The notes beneath the pieces were generated by a model that worked only from the letters and a program-made list of their open reading frames with translations, was not told where the DNA came from and did not search any database. A stretch of DNA of 64,000 nucleotides from Armatimonadota bacterium (GTDB taxonomy: Bacteria > Sysuimicrobiota > Sysuimicrobiia > Sysuimicrobiales > Kaftiobacteriaceae). A program made the position numbers and the translations under genes. The DNA lies in NCBI GenBank assembly GCA_037440005.1, contig JBBIUY010000006.1, positions 44,326 to 108,325 of the forward strand. The letters are read 5' to 3'. Numbering within the stretch: the stretch's first letter is position 1; each line of letters begins with the position of its first letter. This document shows, in pieces, positions 49,048 to 59,264 of the stretch.

Positions 49048-50380
49048 CAGACCGGGCGGCCCCGGTGCCGGCCGCCGCCTCCGCCCGAGAAGCCCCGACG
49101 GCGCCGTGATCCGCCCCGGGGATGTTCTCTACTACGGCCTGGGCGGCCTGTTTTACCTGGTTCCCCGGCTCCTGTACGAGGTCCGCGCGTCCGACGCGCG
49201 CCGCTACGACCACCGGCCGGCCACCCTCATCGTCACCAACCACAAGCGGGACCTGGACAGCGTGATCCTGCCCCCCACCCTGTTCTTCAACGGGGTGCGT
49301 CCCAAGCGGCCCATCTGGTTCGCGGGGCGGGAGGACATGTTCTGGCGCGGCTTTCTCGCCACCTACCAGGTGGTCCCGCGCCCGCTGCGGAGGCTGCTCT
49401 ACGAGATCGACCTGCGGCCGGTGCTGGCGGCCCTGCGGGTCCTGCCGGTGCGCCGATTCCCCGAGCGGACCCTGGAGGAGGCGCTGCGGGAGGTGCGGGC
49501 GGTCTGGGGGGACCTGCCGGCCGCCCGGGTGCTGGCAGAGCAGGAGGCCCGCCTGTGGACGCAGCGCTACGGGCCCGATGTGCGGCTGTCGCGGCTGCTG
49601 GCCTGGTCCCACCGGGACGCCTGGAGGCGTCCGACGACCCTGGCGGCGTTCCATCCCCTGTGGCGTCCGCCTCTAGCCGCCCTGTGGCGGCGGGTGGTGG
49701 ACGACCAGATCCGGACCCTGGCGGCCGTCCTGGACCAGGGGGGCGTACTGTACCTGGCCCCCGAAGGGGTGATCTCCCCCGACGGGAGGTTGCAGGCCTT
49801 CCGGTCGGGCTTCCGCCGGATCCTCGAGACGGTGCGCCGTCCGGTCCGCATCGTTCCCGTGGGCATCGTCTACGACTTCATGCGCCCGGGCCGGCTGCGG
49901 GTCCTCATCGGCGTGGGCCAGGTCCTGCCCGCTGACGGCGATCCCGGGGAGGTGGTGGCCCGCACGCGGCGGGAGGTGGCCGCCCTGCACACGCTGACGT
50001 GCACCCAGGTGGCCGGCCACGTGCTGTGGCAGCGGCTGCAGGCCGGAGAGGACGCGGTGGCGCTGGACGCCTTTGCCGACGCGGTGGCCTCCGCCGCCAG
50101 ATCCCTGGCCGCTGCCGGCTTGCCGGTGGACCCCGCCCTGCTGGCCCGCCCCCGGGACAGGGTGCGGGCGTGGGTGGCCTCCCTGCGGCGCGCCCCCTAC
50201 GCGGCGGTGGAGGGAGAGACGCTGCGGGTCGACTCCGCCTGGGTGACCGGTCTGCCGCCGACCCACTGGCAGAACCCGATCCGGTATGCGGCCACCGAGC
50301 TGGCGTCGGTCCGGGAGATCCTGGCTTCCGACGGGGCGGACCGCCGGAGTCCGGTCAGACCTCCTGGGCGATGCCCATGA
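49040..50380 (+). CDS. PlsC-family lysophospholipid acyltransferase-like protein
   Basis: HX4D motif NHKRDLD and a downstream VPVGIVY block. Start uncertain. Confidence 0.65.
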   Translation: MRIRPGGPGAGRRLRPRSPDGAVIRPGDVLYYGLGGLFYLVPRLLYEVRASDARRYDHRPATLIVTNHKRDLDSVILPPTLFFNGVRPKRPIWFAGREDMFWRGFLATYQVVPRPLRRLLYEIDLRPVLAALRVLPVRRFPERTLEEALREVRAVWGDLPAARVLAEQEARLWTQRYGPDVRLSRLLAWSHRDAWRRPTTLAAFHPLWRPPLAALWRRVVDDQIRTLAAVLDQGGVLYLAPEGVISPDGRLQAFRSGFRRILETVRRPVRIVPVGIVYDFMRPGRLRVLIGVGQVLPADGDPGEVVARTRREVAALHTLTCTQVAGHVLWQRLQAGEDAVALDAFADAVASAARSLAAAGLPVDPALLARPRDRVRAWVASLRRAPYAAVEGETLRVDSAWVTGLPPTHWQNPIRYAATELASVREILASDGADRRSPVRPPGRCP

Positions 50381-51146
50381 TGTGGAAGCCGCTGTCCACG
50401 AAGATGATGTTCCCGGTCACAGCCCGGGAGAGGTCGCTGGCCAGGAACACCGCCACGTCGCCCACGTCCTCCTGAGTGATGTTGCGGCGCAGGGGGGCGA
50501 TCTGCTCGGTCAGGTCCCGCAGCCGCGACAGTCCGCGCACGGCGCTGCTGGCCAGGGTCCGCAGGGGACCGGCGGAGATGGCGTTGACCCGGATCTGGCT
50601 GGGGCCGAGCTCGCTGGCCAGGTAGCGGACTTCGGTCTCCAGGGCGGCCTTGGCCACCGCCATGACGTTGTAGCCCGGGACCACCCGCTCCACGGCGTTG
50701 TAGGTGAGGGTGAAGATGGCGCCGCCTCCGCTGCTGGCCATCAGGGGGGCGGCGTACCGGGCGACGGCGATCAGCGAGTAGGCGCTGATGTCCAGGGCCT
50801 GGGCGTATCCCGACCGGGAGATCTCGTGGAACGGACGGGTCAGGTCCTCCCGGTTCGCGTAGGCGATGCAGTGGGCCACCGCGTGCAGCCGACCCCACCT
50901 CTCCCGCAGCCCCTCGAACACCGCCCGCACCTGGTCGTCGTCCTGGACGTCGCAGGGGAACGTGGGGAAGGCGTCCCGGCCGCCGATGGTGTCCAGCAGC
51001 TCGTCCAGGTTCTCCTTCAGGCGCTCGTTCTGGTAGGTGAACGCCAGCCGGGCCCCTTCCCGGTGAAAGGCGGTGGCGATTCCCCAGGCGATACTGCGCT
51101 GGTTGGCCACCCCCATGATGAGGGCGTGCTTGCCGGCCAGCAGCAT
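50355..51146 (-). CDS. fabI: Enoyl-ACP reductase FabI (NADH)
   Basis: GVANQRSIAWGIA nucleotide loop and Y-x6-K catalytic residues in YNVMAVAKAALE. Confidence 0.9.
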   Translation of the reverse strand: MLLAGKHALIMGVANQRSIAWGIATAFHREGARLAFTYQNERLKENLDELLDTIGGRDAFPTFPCDVQDDDQVRAVFEGLRERWGRLHAVAHCIAYANREDLTRPFHEISRSGYAQALDISAYSLIAVARYAAPLMASSGGGAIFTLTYNAVERVVPGYNVMAVAKAALETEVRYLASELGPSQIRVNAISAGPLRTLASSAVRGLSRLRDLTEQIAPLRRNITQEDVGDVAVFLASDLSRAVTGNIIFVDSGFHIMGIAQEV

Positions 51147-51174
51147 CCTCGTCCTCCCCCCGGGCGTAAAGCGA

Positions 51175-52116
51175 TCACCCCGCGGCGCCGCGGGCCCGGG
51201 GTCCGCCGGTGCGGACGTACCGGATCAGCCCCAGCACGCTTTGGCGCACCGGCATGACGACCTCGTACCGGGCCACGGCGTCGGGTCCGTCCCGCCGGGC
51301 GATCTCCTCCCGGGCGGCGGCGCGGACCTGCGCGACGATGGCGTCCTCGTCGGCGCCCGCCTCCAGCAGCCGCCGCACCAGGTCCACGTGGCGGTGGAGG
51401 CTTTCGTCGAGCCGGTCCAGCAGCTCCTCCGCGCCGGCGTGGGGGCCGAAGTGGGTCAGCAGCAGGCGGCGCGGCCGCAGGGAGCGCATCAGAGCCAGGG
51501 AGCGTTCCCAGGCGGGGACGTCCAGTTCCGGGGGAGGCGTGGGAGCCCGCACGTACCGCGATCCCGGCAGCACCACTCCCGCCACGTCCCCGGTGAACAG
51601 GTCCCCGGAGGCCGGGTCCCAGTAGACGTGGTGGTGGCGGGCGTGGCCGGGGGTGTCCCGCGCCACCAGGGTGCGGGACCCCAGGAGGACAGGGGCGCCG
51701 TCGGCCAGGGCGTGGACCCGGTCGGCGGGAACGGGGACGACCTCGCCGAACAGGTCGGCCAGCGCGTCGCCGTACAGCCGCCCCGCGCTGGCCACCAGCC
51801 GCGTCGGGTCCGCCAGGTGGGGCGCGCCCACGGGGTGGACGTACACCTCCAGATGGGGCAGCAGCCGCGCCAGGGCTCCCGCGGCGCCGGCGTGGTCCAG
51901 GTGGATGTGGGTCACCGCCGCCGCCCGCAGGTGCGAGGGGTCCACGCCGGCCTCCCGCAGGCCCTCCAGCAGGTGCGGCAGGGTGGAGGTCGGGCCGGTC
52001 TCGATCAAAGCCGGTCGGTCCCCCAGCAGCAGGTAGGCGCCCACCGCCTGCGGGGTGTTCTGGAAGTGCAGGTCGAGCAGGATCAGGTCGTCAGCCACCC
52101 GCTGGATGCGCGCCAT
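51175..52116 (-). CDS. MBL-fold metallo-hydrolase
   Basis: THIHLDHAG zinc-binding motif. Confidence 0.75.
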   Translation of the reverse strand: MARIQRVADDLILLDLHFQNTPQAVGAYLLLGDRPALIETGPTSTLPHLLEGLREAGVDPSHLRAAAVTHIHLDHAGAAGALARLLPHLEVYVHPVGAPHLADPTRLVASAGRLYGDALADLFGEVVPVPADRVHALADGAPVLLGSRTLVARDTPGHARHHHVYWDPASGDLFTGDVAGVVLPGSRYVRAPTPPPELDVPAWERSLALMRSLRPRRLLLTHFGPHAGAEELLDRLDESLHRHVDLVRRLLEAGADEDAIVAQVRAAAREEIARRDGPDAVARYEVVMPVRQSVLGLIRYVRTGGPRARGAAG

Positions 52117-52281
52117 GACGCCACCACCATACTACAGCCGGCCGACGCCCGCCAGGGCGCGGCCGGCGGCGCCGCGGGGGAGGGGGATCCTGCGACCGCC
52201 CCTTCCCCGTGGGGGAGGGCTTTGGCCGGCCTCCGTGAAATCTGTTGGGGTGACCCTGAAGACGTACGGGAGGCGGAGACG

Positions 52282-53847
52282 ATGACGGCCGGACGCAGAG
52301 GACTGCTGTGGGTCGGTCTGCTGGCCCTGGTCCTGGGGGCGGCGGCCGGCGTGGCCGGCGCCCCGCGGGTGCCCAACACGGTGCTGGTGATGGGCGGGGT
52401 GATCTCGGACGCGGTCAGCCTGGACCCCGCTCAGGCGTTCGAGTTCACGTCGGTGTGGGCGGCGGCGCAGATCTACGACACCCTGGTGGACTTCAACCGC
52501 GAGTTCAACCGGGTGGTCCCGGAGCTGGCGGAGTCGTGGACCGTGTCGCCCGACGGCCGCACCTACACCTTCCGCCTCCGGCGGGGGGTGCGGTTCCACA
52601 GCGGCAACCCGGTGGACGCCAGGGCGGTGGAGTTCTCCCTCCAGCGGGCCATGAAGCTGAACCTCACTCCGGCGTTCATCCTCACCAGCTTCATCGCCCG
52701 CCCCGAGGACGTGGCGGCGGTGGGAGCCGACACGGTGCGGGTGACCTTCAAGCAGACCATGCCCGAGATCCTGATGGGCTCGGTGCTGGCCAACCCGGTG
52801 TCGTCGGTGGTGGACCCGGCGCTGGTGCAGCGCAACGCCACGCCCACCGACCCCTGGGCGAACCAGTGGCTGAGCTTCAACGACGCCGGCTCGGGCCCCT
52901 ACAAGCTCCGGGCGTGGAGCAAGAACGTCAAGATCGAGTTTGAGGCCTTCGACGGCTACTGGCGGGGCGCGCCGCGGCTGCGGCGGGTGTTCTACCAGGA
53001 GATGCCCGAGCCGGCGGCGGCCATGCTGGCCCTGCAGCGGGGGGACATCGACGTGGCCACCGACCTGCTGCCGGCCCAGTACAAGCAGCTGCAGGGTCAG
53101 CCGGGGATCGAGGTGAAGACCAGCCCGCAGTTCACGGTCAACTACCTGGCCATGAACGTGGGCTACGAGCCCTTCGGTAAGAAAGAGGTGCGCAACGCCA
53201 TCAAGTGGGCCCTGGACTACGACGCCCTGCGGCGCATCTTCGAGGACGCCCTGGACCCCTCCCAGACCATCGTGCCGCCGGGCATGTTCGCCCACCTGGC
53301 CGAGCGTCCGTACCGCCGGGACGTGGCCCGGGCGCGGGCCCTGCTGCGGGAGGCCGGCTACGAACGCGGCTTCCGGGCCGAGCTGATCGTCCCCGTGGGG
53401 CCGCCGCTGCCGGACGTGGCGGCCAAGATCAAGGAAGACCTGGCCGCGGTGGGGATCGAGGTGGAGGTCCGCCAGCTGCGCAGCGCCGACCTGCTGGGCA
53501 TCTACCGCGCCCAGCGCCACCAGCTGGTCATCCAGCGGTGGGGGGCGGACTACCCCGACCCCGACAACCTGGCGCGGGCGTTCGCCAGCTTCGACGCCCG
53601 CCAGCTGGCCTGGCGCAACCAGTGGGACCACCCGGTCAAGCGGACCGTGGAGCAGGCGGTGGCCGAGCTGAACCGCTCCCGCCGGGAGGCCCTGTACCAC
53701 GAGATCCAGAGGGTCGTCCTCGAGGAAGGGCCCTACGCCATCTACGGGTCGCCCCTGGAGCAAAATGCGATGCGCAGCAACGTCAAGGGCCTGGCGGCGT
53801 CGCCGCTGTTCGCCCTGACCGACCTGATCGACGCCTGGAAGGAGTAG
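52282..53847 (+). CDS. ABC transporter substrate-binding protein, family 5 (peptide/nickel type), with signal peptide
   Basis: Begins MTAGRRGLLWVGLLALVLGAAAGVAGA and continues with an SBP_bac_5 fold. Confidence 0.85.
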   Translation: MTAGRRGLLWVGLLALVLGAAAGVAGAPRVPNTVLVMGGVISDAVSLDPAQAFEFTSVWAAAQIYDTLVDFNREFNRVVPELAESWTVSPDGRTYTFRLRRGVRFHSGNPVDARAVEFSLQRAMKLNLTPAFILTSFIARPEDVAAVGADTVRVTFKQTMPEILMGSVLANPVSSVVDPALVQRNATPTDPWANQWLSFNDAGSGPYKLRAWSKNVKIEFEAFDGYWRGAPRLRRVFYQEMPEPAAAMLALQRGDIDVATDLLPAQYKQLQGQPGIEVKTSPQFTVNYLAMNVGYEPFGKKEVRNAIKWALDYDALRRIFEDALDPSQTIVPPGMFAHLAERPYRRDVARARALLREAGYERGFRAELIVPVGPPLPDVAAKIKEDLAAVGIEVEVRQLRSADLLGIYRAQRHQLVIQRWGADYPDPDNLARAFASFDARQLAWRNQWDHPVKRTVEQAVAELNRSRREALYHEIQRVVLEEGPYAIYGSPLEQNAMRSNVKGLAASPLFALTDLIDAWKE

Positions 53848-53907
53848 GGCCCCGCAGCTTCCCCGCGAGGGGGCGGGACCGCGGATCCCGCCCCCTCCCC
53901 CTCTCCC

Positions 53908-54915
53908 ATGTGGGCCTACCTCACCCGCCGCCTCCTGCTGTCCTCCCTGGCCATCTTCGGCGTCCTGGTGATCACCTTCTTTCTCTCCCACGTGATCCCG
54001 GGCGATCCCATCGCGGCCATCCTGGGGCCCCAGGCCCCCGACCACGTCATCGAGGACCTGCGCCGGCGGTGGGGGCTGGACCGGCCGATCCCCGAGCAGT
54101 TCGTCCGCTATCTGGGCCTGCTGGCCCGGGGCGACCTGGGGCGGTCCATCGCCACCAACCGCCCCGTGCTGGACGACCTGCGGGAGTTCTTCCCGGCCAC
54201 GGTGGAGCTGGCCACGGCGGCGATCCTGGTGGGCGTCACCCTGGGCATGGCGGTGGGCATCGTCTCGGCGGTGGCCCGGGGGCGGTGGGTGGACCACCTG
54301 GTGCGCTTCGTGTCCCTGATCGGGCTGTCCATGCCGGTGTTCTGGCTGGGGCTGATCGCGCTGCTGGTGTTCTACTTCTGGGCCGGGCTGCTGCCGGGGC
54401 CGGGGCAGCTGGACATCCTGATCAGCCGCCCGCCGCGGGTGACGGGGCTCATCCTGGTGGACAGCCTGCTGGCCGGAGACGGCGCGGCTTTGCGCAACGC
54501 CCTGGCCCACATGGTCCTGCCGGCGCTGGTCCTGGGGTCCCACACCCTGGTGGGCATCGCCCGCATCACCCGGGCCAGCATGCTGGATGTCCTGGGCCAG
54601 GAGTACATCAAGGCGGCGCGGGCCAAGGGGCTGGCCGAGCGCACCGTCATCCTCCGCCACGCGCTCAAGAACGCTTTGCTGCCCATCGTCACCGTCATCG
54701 GGATCTACTACGGCAGCCTGCTGGAGGGGGCGGTCCTCACCGAGACGGTGTTCGCCTGGCCGGGGCTGGGCCGGTACGCCACCAGCGCCATCCTCTCCCA
54801 GGACTTCGCCGCGGTCATGGGCGTCACGCTGCTGATCGCCCTGATCTTCTCCCTGGCCAACCTGGTGGTGGACCTGCTGTACGCCGCCCTCAACCCCCGG
54901 ATTCGCTATGAGTAG
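53908..54915 (+). CDS. ABC transporter permease (DppB/OppB-like)
   Basis: Six TM helices with an EAA-like loop. Confidence 0.85.
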   Translation: MWAYLTRRLLLSSLAIFGVLVITFFLSHVIPGDPIAAILGPQAPDHVIEDLRRRWGLDRPIPEQFVRYLGLLARGDLGRSIATNRPVLDDLREFFPATVELATAAILVGVTLGMAVGIVSAVARGRWVDHLVRFVSLIGLSMPVFWLGLIALLVFYFWAGLLPGPGQLDILISRPPRVTGLILVDSLLAGDGAALRNALAHMVLPALVLGSHTLVGIARITRASMLDVLGQEYIKAARAKGLAERTVILRHALKNALLPIVTVIGIYYGSLLEGAVLTETVFAWPGLGRYATSAILSQDFAAVMGVTLLIALIFSLANLVVDLLYAALNPRIRYE

Positions 54916-55777
54916 CGTGGCGATCCCGGTCCGGCCCCGCCCGGCGGGCCTGACGGCCCGCGCGCTGCAGAACCCCCTCTCCCTGGCGGGGGTGATCCTG
55001 ATCGGGCTGCTGGTGGCCGCCGCGGCCCTGGCCCCGTATCTGGCGCCCGCCGACCCGTACCAGACCGACGTCGGCCGGCGCCTGCAGCCGCCCGGTCCGG
55101 GCCACCTGCTGGGCACCGACCAGCTGGGCCGCGACATCCTCACCCGCATCCTGTACGGCACGCGCATCTCCCTGCGCATCGCCGTGCTCACCGCGGTGAT
55201 CGCCACCGGCATCGGCGCCCCGCTGGGGATCGTCTCGGGGTACTTCCGCGGCCGCACCGACGATCTGCTGATGCGCCTGACCGACATGTTCATGGCGTTC
55301 CCCCGGCTGATCCTGGCCATGGCCATCGCCGCGGCGCTGAAGCCCACCCTGGAGAACGTGGTGATCGCCATCGCCCTGGCGTCCTGGCCGGCCTACGCGC
55401 GGCTGTCCCGCAGCGTGACCCTGGGCATCCGGGAGGAGGTGTACATCGAGGCCGCCCGGGCCGTCGGGGCCAGCTCCCTGCGCATCCTGGCGCGCCACGT
55501 CTTCCCGGGCGTGGTCGGCCCGCTGGTGATCCAGGTGAGCCTGGACATGGGCGGGATCATCCTGACGGCGGCGGGGCTGAGCTTCATCGGGTTCGGCGCC
55601 CAGCCGCCCTCCCCCGAGTGGGGCCTGATGATCGCCGAAGGCCGCAGCTACATCACCGACGCCTGGTGGCTGTCCACCTTCCCCGGACTGGCCATCTCCC
55701 TGGTGGTGCTGGGGTTCAACCTGCTGGGAGACGGCATCCGGGACGTCCTGGACCCGCGCCTGCGCCGCCCGCGGTAG
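54908..55777 (+). CDS. ABC transporter permease (DppC/OppC-like)
   Basis: BPD_transp_1 fold. It overlaps the upstream permease by 8 nt. Confidence 0.85.
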   Translation: MSSVAIPVRPRPAGLTARALQNPLSLAGVILIGLLVAAAALAPYLAPADPYQTDVGRRLQPPGPGHLLGTDQLGRDILTRILYGTRISLRIAVLTAVIATGIGAPLGIVSGYFRGRTDDLLMRLTDMFMAFPRLILAMAIAAALKPTLENVVIAIALASWPAYARLSRSVTLGIREEVYIEAARAVGASSLRILARHVFPGVVGPLVIQVSLDMGGIILTAAGLSFIGFGAQPPSPEWGLMIAEGRSYITDAWWLSTFPGLAISLVVLGFNLLGDGIRDVLDPRLRRPR

Positions 55778-55845
55778 GTTCCCGGTGTGGTCAGAGGCGT
55801 AGAGGGCGTGGCCGGTGCAGGACTGACGTCCGGCCGGCGGCGGGC

Positions 55846-56106
55846 ATGAAGAAGGTACAACCCCTCGGGGAGGCGACGGCCATGGTGGTGGCCCTGGTGG
55901 GTGTGATCCTGGTGGTGGGCGGCGTGTACGTGCTGACCCGGCACGCGGCGGCGTGGGCCCGGGCGCAGGACCTGCTGGCCTCCCTGGTCGCCGTCCTGCC
56001 GCCGGGAGCGTGGCAGCGGGTGGAATACGTGGCCGCGGTGGCGGCGCTGGTGGTGGGGGCGACCCTGGTCCTGCTGCGCCTGTTCGGCGGCCTCCGCCGT
56101 GTCTAG
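55846..56106 (+). CDS. Small hypothetical membrane protein (86 aa, two hydrophobic helices)
   Basis: Internal Met of the 55618..56106 ORF. VVALVGVILVVGGVYVL and AAVAALVVGATLVLL helices. Confidence 0.3.
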   Translation: MKKVQPLGEATAMVVALVGVILVVGGVYVLTRHAAAWARAQDLLASLVAVLPPGAWQRVEYVAAVAALVVGATLVLLRLFGGLRRV

Positions 56107-56113
56107 GGGCGTC

Positions 56114-57067
56114 CTACGCCCGCACCTCCTGCCGCTGGAACAGCACGTAGGTGCCCGCGAACAGCACCAGCAGGGCCGCCAGCATGCCGGTGAACTGCGG
56201 CCAGGCCAGCAGCAGGCTCTGCCCCACCGGCAGCGGGGTGCCCAGAACCGCGCCCTCCAGCTGGGTGATGAACACCGGCCCCAGGGCCCGCACCTCGGGG
56301 TTCAGCAGGGCCAGCACGATCTCGGCGAACAGGGTGTTGGGCGACAGCCGGGACAGGGACAGGCTCAGCCGGGCCTGGGCCAGCTGCTCCAGGGGATTGA
56401 AGCCGTACACCGGCCGCACCGCCTGGGCGATGACCTGCACCACGATGTCGTAGAACACCGCAAAGAACAGCCACACGGCCATCGCCGCCAGGGCAGAGGT
56501 GGCCGGCTGGCGGAACACCACCGAGAAGGCCATGGCCAGGGCCAGCCAGATGCCGGCGTAGGCCCAGGAGGTCAGCAGGAACAGCAGCCCCCGGCCCACC
56601 TCCTCCCCGCTGGGTACCACGCCCAGCACCAGCAGGCCCATGCCGGTGACCAGCAGCCACAGGGCCAGCAGGCTGATCCCCAGGGTGAACATGCCGGCCA
56701 GGAACTTGCCCACCAGCAGGGCGTCCCGGTAGATGGGCTGGGCCAGGACCCGGCTGAGGGTGCGCCGGTTGTGCTCGCCGTTGATGGAGTCAAACCCCAG
56801 GGCGATCGCCGCCAGGGGCAGGAAGAACCCCAAAAAGGCCACAAAGGACGGCAGCGGTTCCTGGGAGGTGGTGAACAGCTTCAGGTAGACGAACGGGTCC
56901 TCGGCCACGGTGGCCTTCAGCTGCCGCACGGCCGTGTAGGTGGCCCCGAAGGCCGTGAGGAAGATCAGGCCCTCCAGCAGCTGCATGCGCGCGCTGCTGA
57001 GGTGGTCGGCCAGCTCCTTGAGGACCACCGCCCACAGGCCGGTCCACGGGGAGCCCTCACGCTTCAC
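56114..57067 (-). CDS. ABC-2 family exporter permease
   Basis: Six TM helices. It is immediately downstream of an ABC ATPase with an 11-nt overlap. Confidence 0.7.
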   Translation of the reverse strand: MKREGSPWTGLWAVVLKELADHLSSARMQLLEGLIFLTAFGATYTAVRQLKATVAEDPFVYLKLFTTSQEPLPSFVAFLGFFLPLAAIALGFDSINGEHNRRTLSRVLAQPIYRDALLVGKFLAGMFTLGISLLALWLLVTGMGLLVLGVVPSGEEVGRGLLFLLTSWAYAGIWLALAMAFSVVFRQPATSALAAMAVWLFFAVFYDIVVQVIAQAVRPVYGFNPLEQLAQARLSLSLSRLSPNTLFAEIVLALLNPEVRALGPVFITQLEGAVLGTPLPVGQSLLLAWPQFTGMLAALLVLFAGTYVLFQRQEVRA

Positions 57068-57995
57068 GGGACGCCTCCTGGAAGTACCGCGTGTAGACCT
57101 CGTCCAGGGTGGGCCGCTCCAGCGTCAGCGAAAGCAGGTCCGCCCCTGTGGTGACGACCCGCCGGGCCACCTCCGCCCGGCAGTCCTGGTGCGCCTCCAG
57201 GCGGAACCGGCCGGGACGCTCCTGGACCACCCGGGTGACCCCGGGGATGGACCGCAGGGCCGGTTCCAGGCCGTCGGCCCGGGCGGTCTCCACGTGGATG
57301 CGGTAGGCCCCGCCCAGGATCCGGTCGGCCAGGGTCTCGAACGTTCCCTCCAGGACCATCCGGCCGCGGGAGAACAGCCCCACCCGGTCGCACACCGCCT
57401 GCACCTGGTGCAGCAGGTGGGACGCCAGCAGCACGGTGATCCCCTGGGCCTTCAGGCCCCGGATGAGGTCCAAGAACTCGTGGGCCGCTTCGGGGTCCAG
57501 CCCGGCGGTGGGCTCGTCCAGGATGGCGATCTCCGGCCGCTTGATGAGCACGTCGGCCAGCCCCAGCCGCTGGCGCATGCCGCGGGAGTAGGCCCCCACC
57601 CGCCGGTCGGCCACCTCGGCCAGGCCCACCCGGGCCAGCGCCTCGTCGATCCGGGCGTCCGCCTCGGACCGGCTCAGGCCATTTAGGCGCGCGGTGTAGC
57701 GCAGGTTCTCCCGGGCGGTCAGGTCGTCGTAGAACCCCACCGAGTCGGGCAGGTAGCCCACCCGTCGCTTGACCGCCAGGGGGTTGCGGGAGGGGTCGTG
57801 GCCCAGCACGCGCACCGTGCCCGCGGTGGGTTCGGTGAGCCCCAGCAGCATCAGGATGGTGGTGGTCTTGCCCGAGCCGTTGGGGCCCAGCATGCCGAAG
57901 ACCTCCCCCGCGGCGATGCGCAGGGTGAGGTCCTCCACGGCCACCACGGGGCCGTAGTGCTTGGTCAGCCCGTCGGTCTCGATGACCGCCGTCAT
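57057..57995 (-). CDS. ABC transporter ATP-binding protein
   Basis: Walker [10 protein letters not shown], the signature YSRGMRQRL and Walker [11 protein letters not shown]. It is the 312-aa C-terminal part of the supplied 720-aa ORF, whose N-terminus is non-protein-like. Confidence 0.9.
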   Translation of the reverse strand: MTAVIETDGLTKHYGPVVAVEDLTLRIAAGEVFGMLGPNGSGKTTTILMLLGLTEPTAGTVRVLGHDPSRNPLAVKRRVGYLPDSVGFYDDLTARENLRYTARLNGLSRSEADARIDEALARVGLAEVADRRVGAYSRGMRQRLGLADVLIKRPEIAILDEPTAGLDPEAAHEFLDLIRGLKAQGITVLLASHLLHQVQAVCDRVGLFSRGRMVLEGTFETLADRILGGAYRIHVETARADGLEPALRSIPGVTRVVQERPGRFRLEAHQDCRAEVARRVVTTGADLLSLTLERPTLDEVYTRYFQEASREA

Positions 57996-59164
57996 CGCCG
58001 CCCGTACCGGTTCACCGCGAAGGTGACCACGCCCAGAGCCACCGCCACCAGGACCACGCCCACCGCGCCCCACAGGGTGGAGGTGGTCACGGTGATGCGG
58101 ATGTCCGCCGACCGGCTGACGTCCCCGGCGCTGGCGGTGATGGTCACCATGTAGTCCCCGGTGAGGGCCTTGGCCGACGGGGTGATCTCGGCGGTCACGT
58201 CCGCCTCGCCGTTGGCCGGGATCTCGTCCACCCGCTCGGGGACGAACTTCACCTGCCACCCCGAGGGCTCCGACGCCGAGAAGGTCACGTTGCGCGCCGG
58301 AGCGCTGCCGGTGTTCTTGATCTTGAGCTTCAGGGGCGTGGTGCGGCCGGCGGTGGCCCGGCCCGACAGGCGGTCGTCGGGGGTGGTGACGGTCAGGTCG
58401 GGCCGGCCGGTGACCTCCAGGCGCAGCTGCACAGAGGCGGTGGCCTCCCCGCTGACCGCCCGCACGGTGATGGGATAGGCGCCGGCCGACACCCGCGGGG
58501 GCAACGACACCTCGGCGTCGAAGTCCTTGGACTCCCCCGCCTTGATGGGCAGGCTGGCCACCTCCTGGCCGAAGGTGCTGAAGGTCACCCGGAAGCCCTG
58601 GGGAGCGTCGGCGTCCAGGTTCACCAGCACTTCCTGGTCGCTCTCGTTGCGCAGGGTGAGGCGGTAGCGAAAGCTGCTGGTGGGCGAGCCGCGCAGCACC
58701 GGCAGCTCCGCGCTCAAAGACAGACGGCGGGGCAGCACCGCGCCCAGGGTCAAGGTGATGGGCAGGGTGGCCGAGGCGTTCTGTCCGGTGGCCAGGATCT
58801 GGAACCGGTAGGTCCCCGGCCGCACCCCGCGGGGAGGTTCCAGGCGCAGGGAGATGGTGTTCTCCTGGTCGGGGTCCACGAAGACCGACTGGATCGGCCG
58901 ACCCCCACCCAGGAACGTGGCCTTCCAGCCCGGAGGGGCCGAGACCACCCGCAGGGCCACCGACTGGGGCGGCAGCCCGAAGTTCTTCACGGTCAGGGAC
59001 AGGGTCACCGCCTCTCCCACCTGGGCGGCCTGCGCGGGATAGGGCGTGGAGATGCGCAACCCCTGAAAGCCGGCGGCCGCAGGCCACGCCGCCGCACTCA
59101 CCACGAGGACGACCACCAGCCACGGTGCCAGCCCTGTGCGACCCATGCTCATCCTCCTGCACAT
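57992..59164 (-). CDS. Secreted NEW3-domain (COG1470-like) protein with C-terminal TM anchor
   Basis: Signal peptide, repeated beta-rich segments with an NxT/S pattern, and a C-terminal helix [18 protein letters not shown]. The stop overlaps the ABC ATPase start as ATGA. Confidence 0.6.
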   Translation of the reverse strand: MCRRMSMGRTGLAPWLVVVLVVSAAAWPAAAGFQGLRISTPYPAQAAQVGEAVTLSLTVKNFGLPPQSVALRVVSAPPGWKATFLGGGRPIQSVFVDPDQENTISLRLEPPRGVRPGTYRFQILATGQNASATLPITLTLGAVLPRRLSLSAELPVLRGSPTSSFRYRLTLRNESDQEVLVNLDADAPQGFRVTFSTFGQEVASLPIKAGESKDFDAEVSLPPRVSAGAYPITVRAVSGEATASVQLRLEVTGRPDLTVTTPDDRLSGRATAGRTTPLKLKIKNTGSAPARNVTFSASEPSGWQVKFVPERVDEIPANGEADVTAEITPSAKALTGDYMVTITASAGDVSRSADIRITVTTSTLWGAVGVVLVAVALGVVTFAVNRYGRR

Positions 59165-59264
59165 GAGGACCCGCAGAGTGGTGTGGCGGGGGCGGGTCTC
59201 CGCAGGGAATTGTAATCACCCCGGCGCGGGTTGAAAAGCGCCCGCCCGGCCAGAGACGGCCCCG

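Noticed and set aside
57057-59219. 720-aa ORF spanning the ABC ATPase and the antisense of the NEW3 gene
   Set aside because: Only the C-terminal 312 aa (57057..57995) are protein-like ABC ATPase sequence. The N-terminal part is out-of-frame read-through of the upstream NEW3 gene region.
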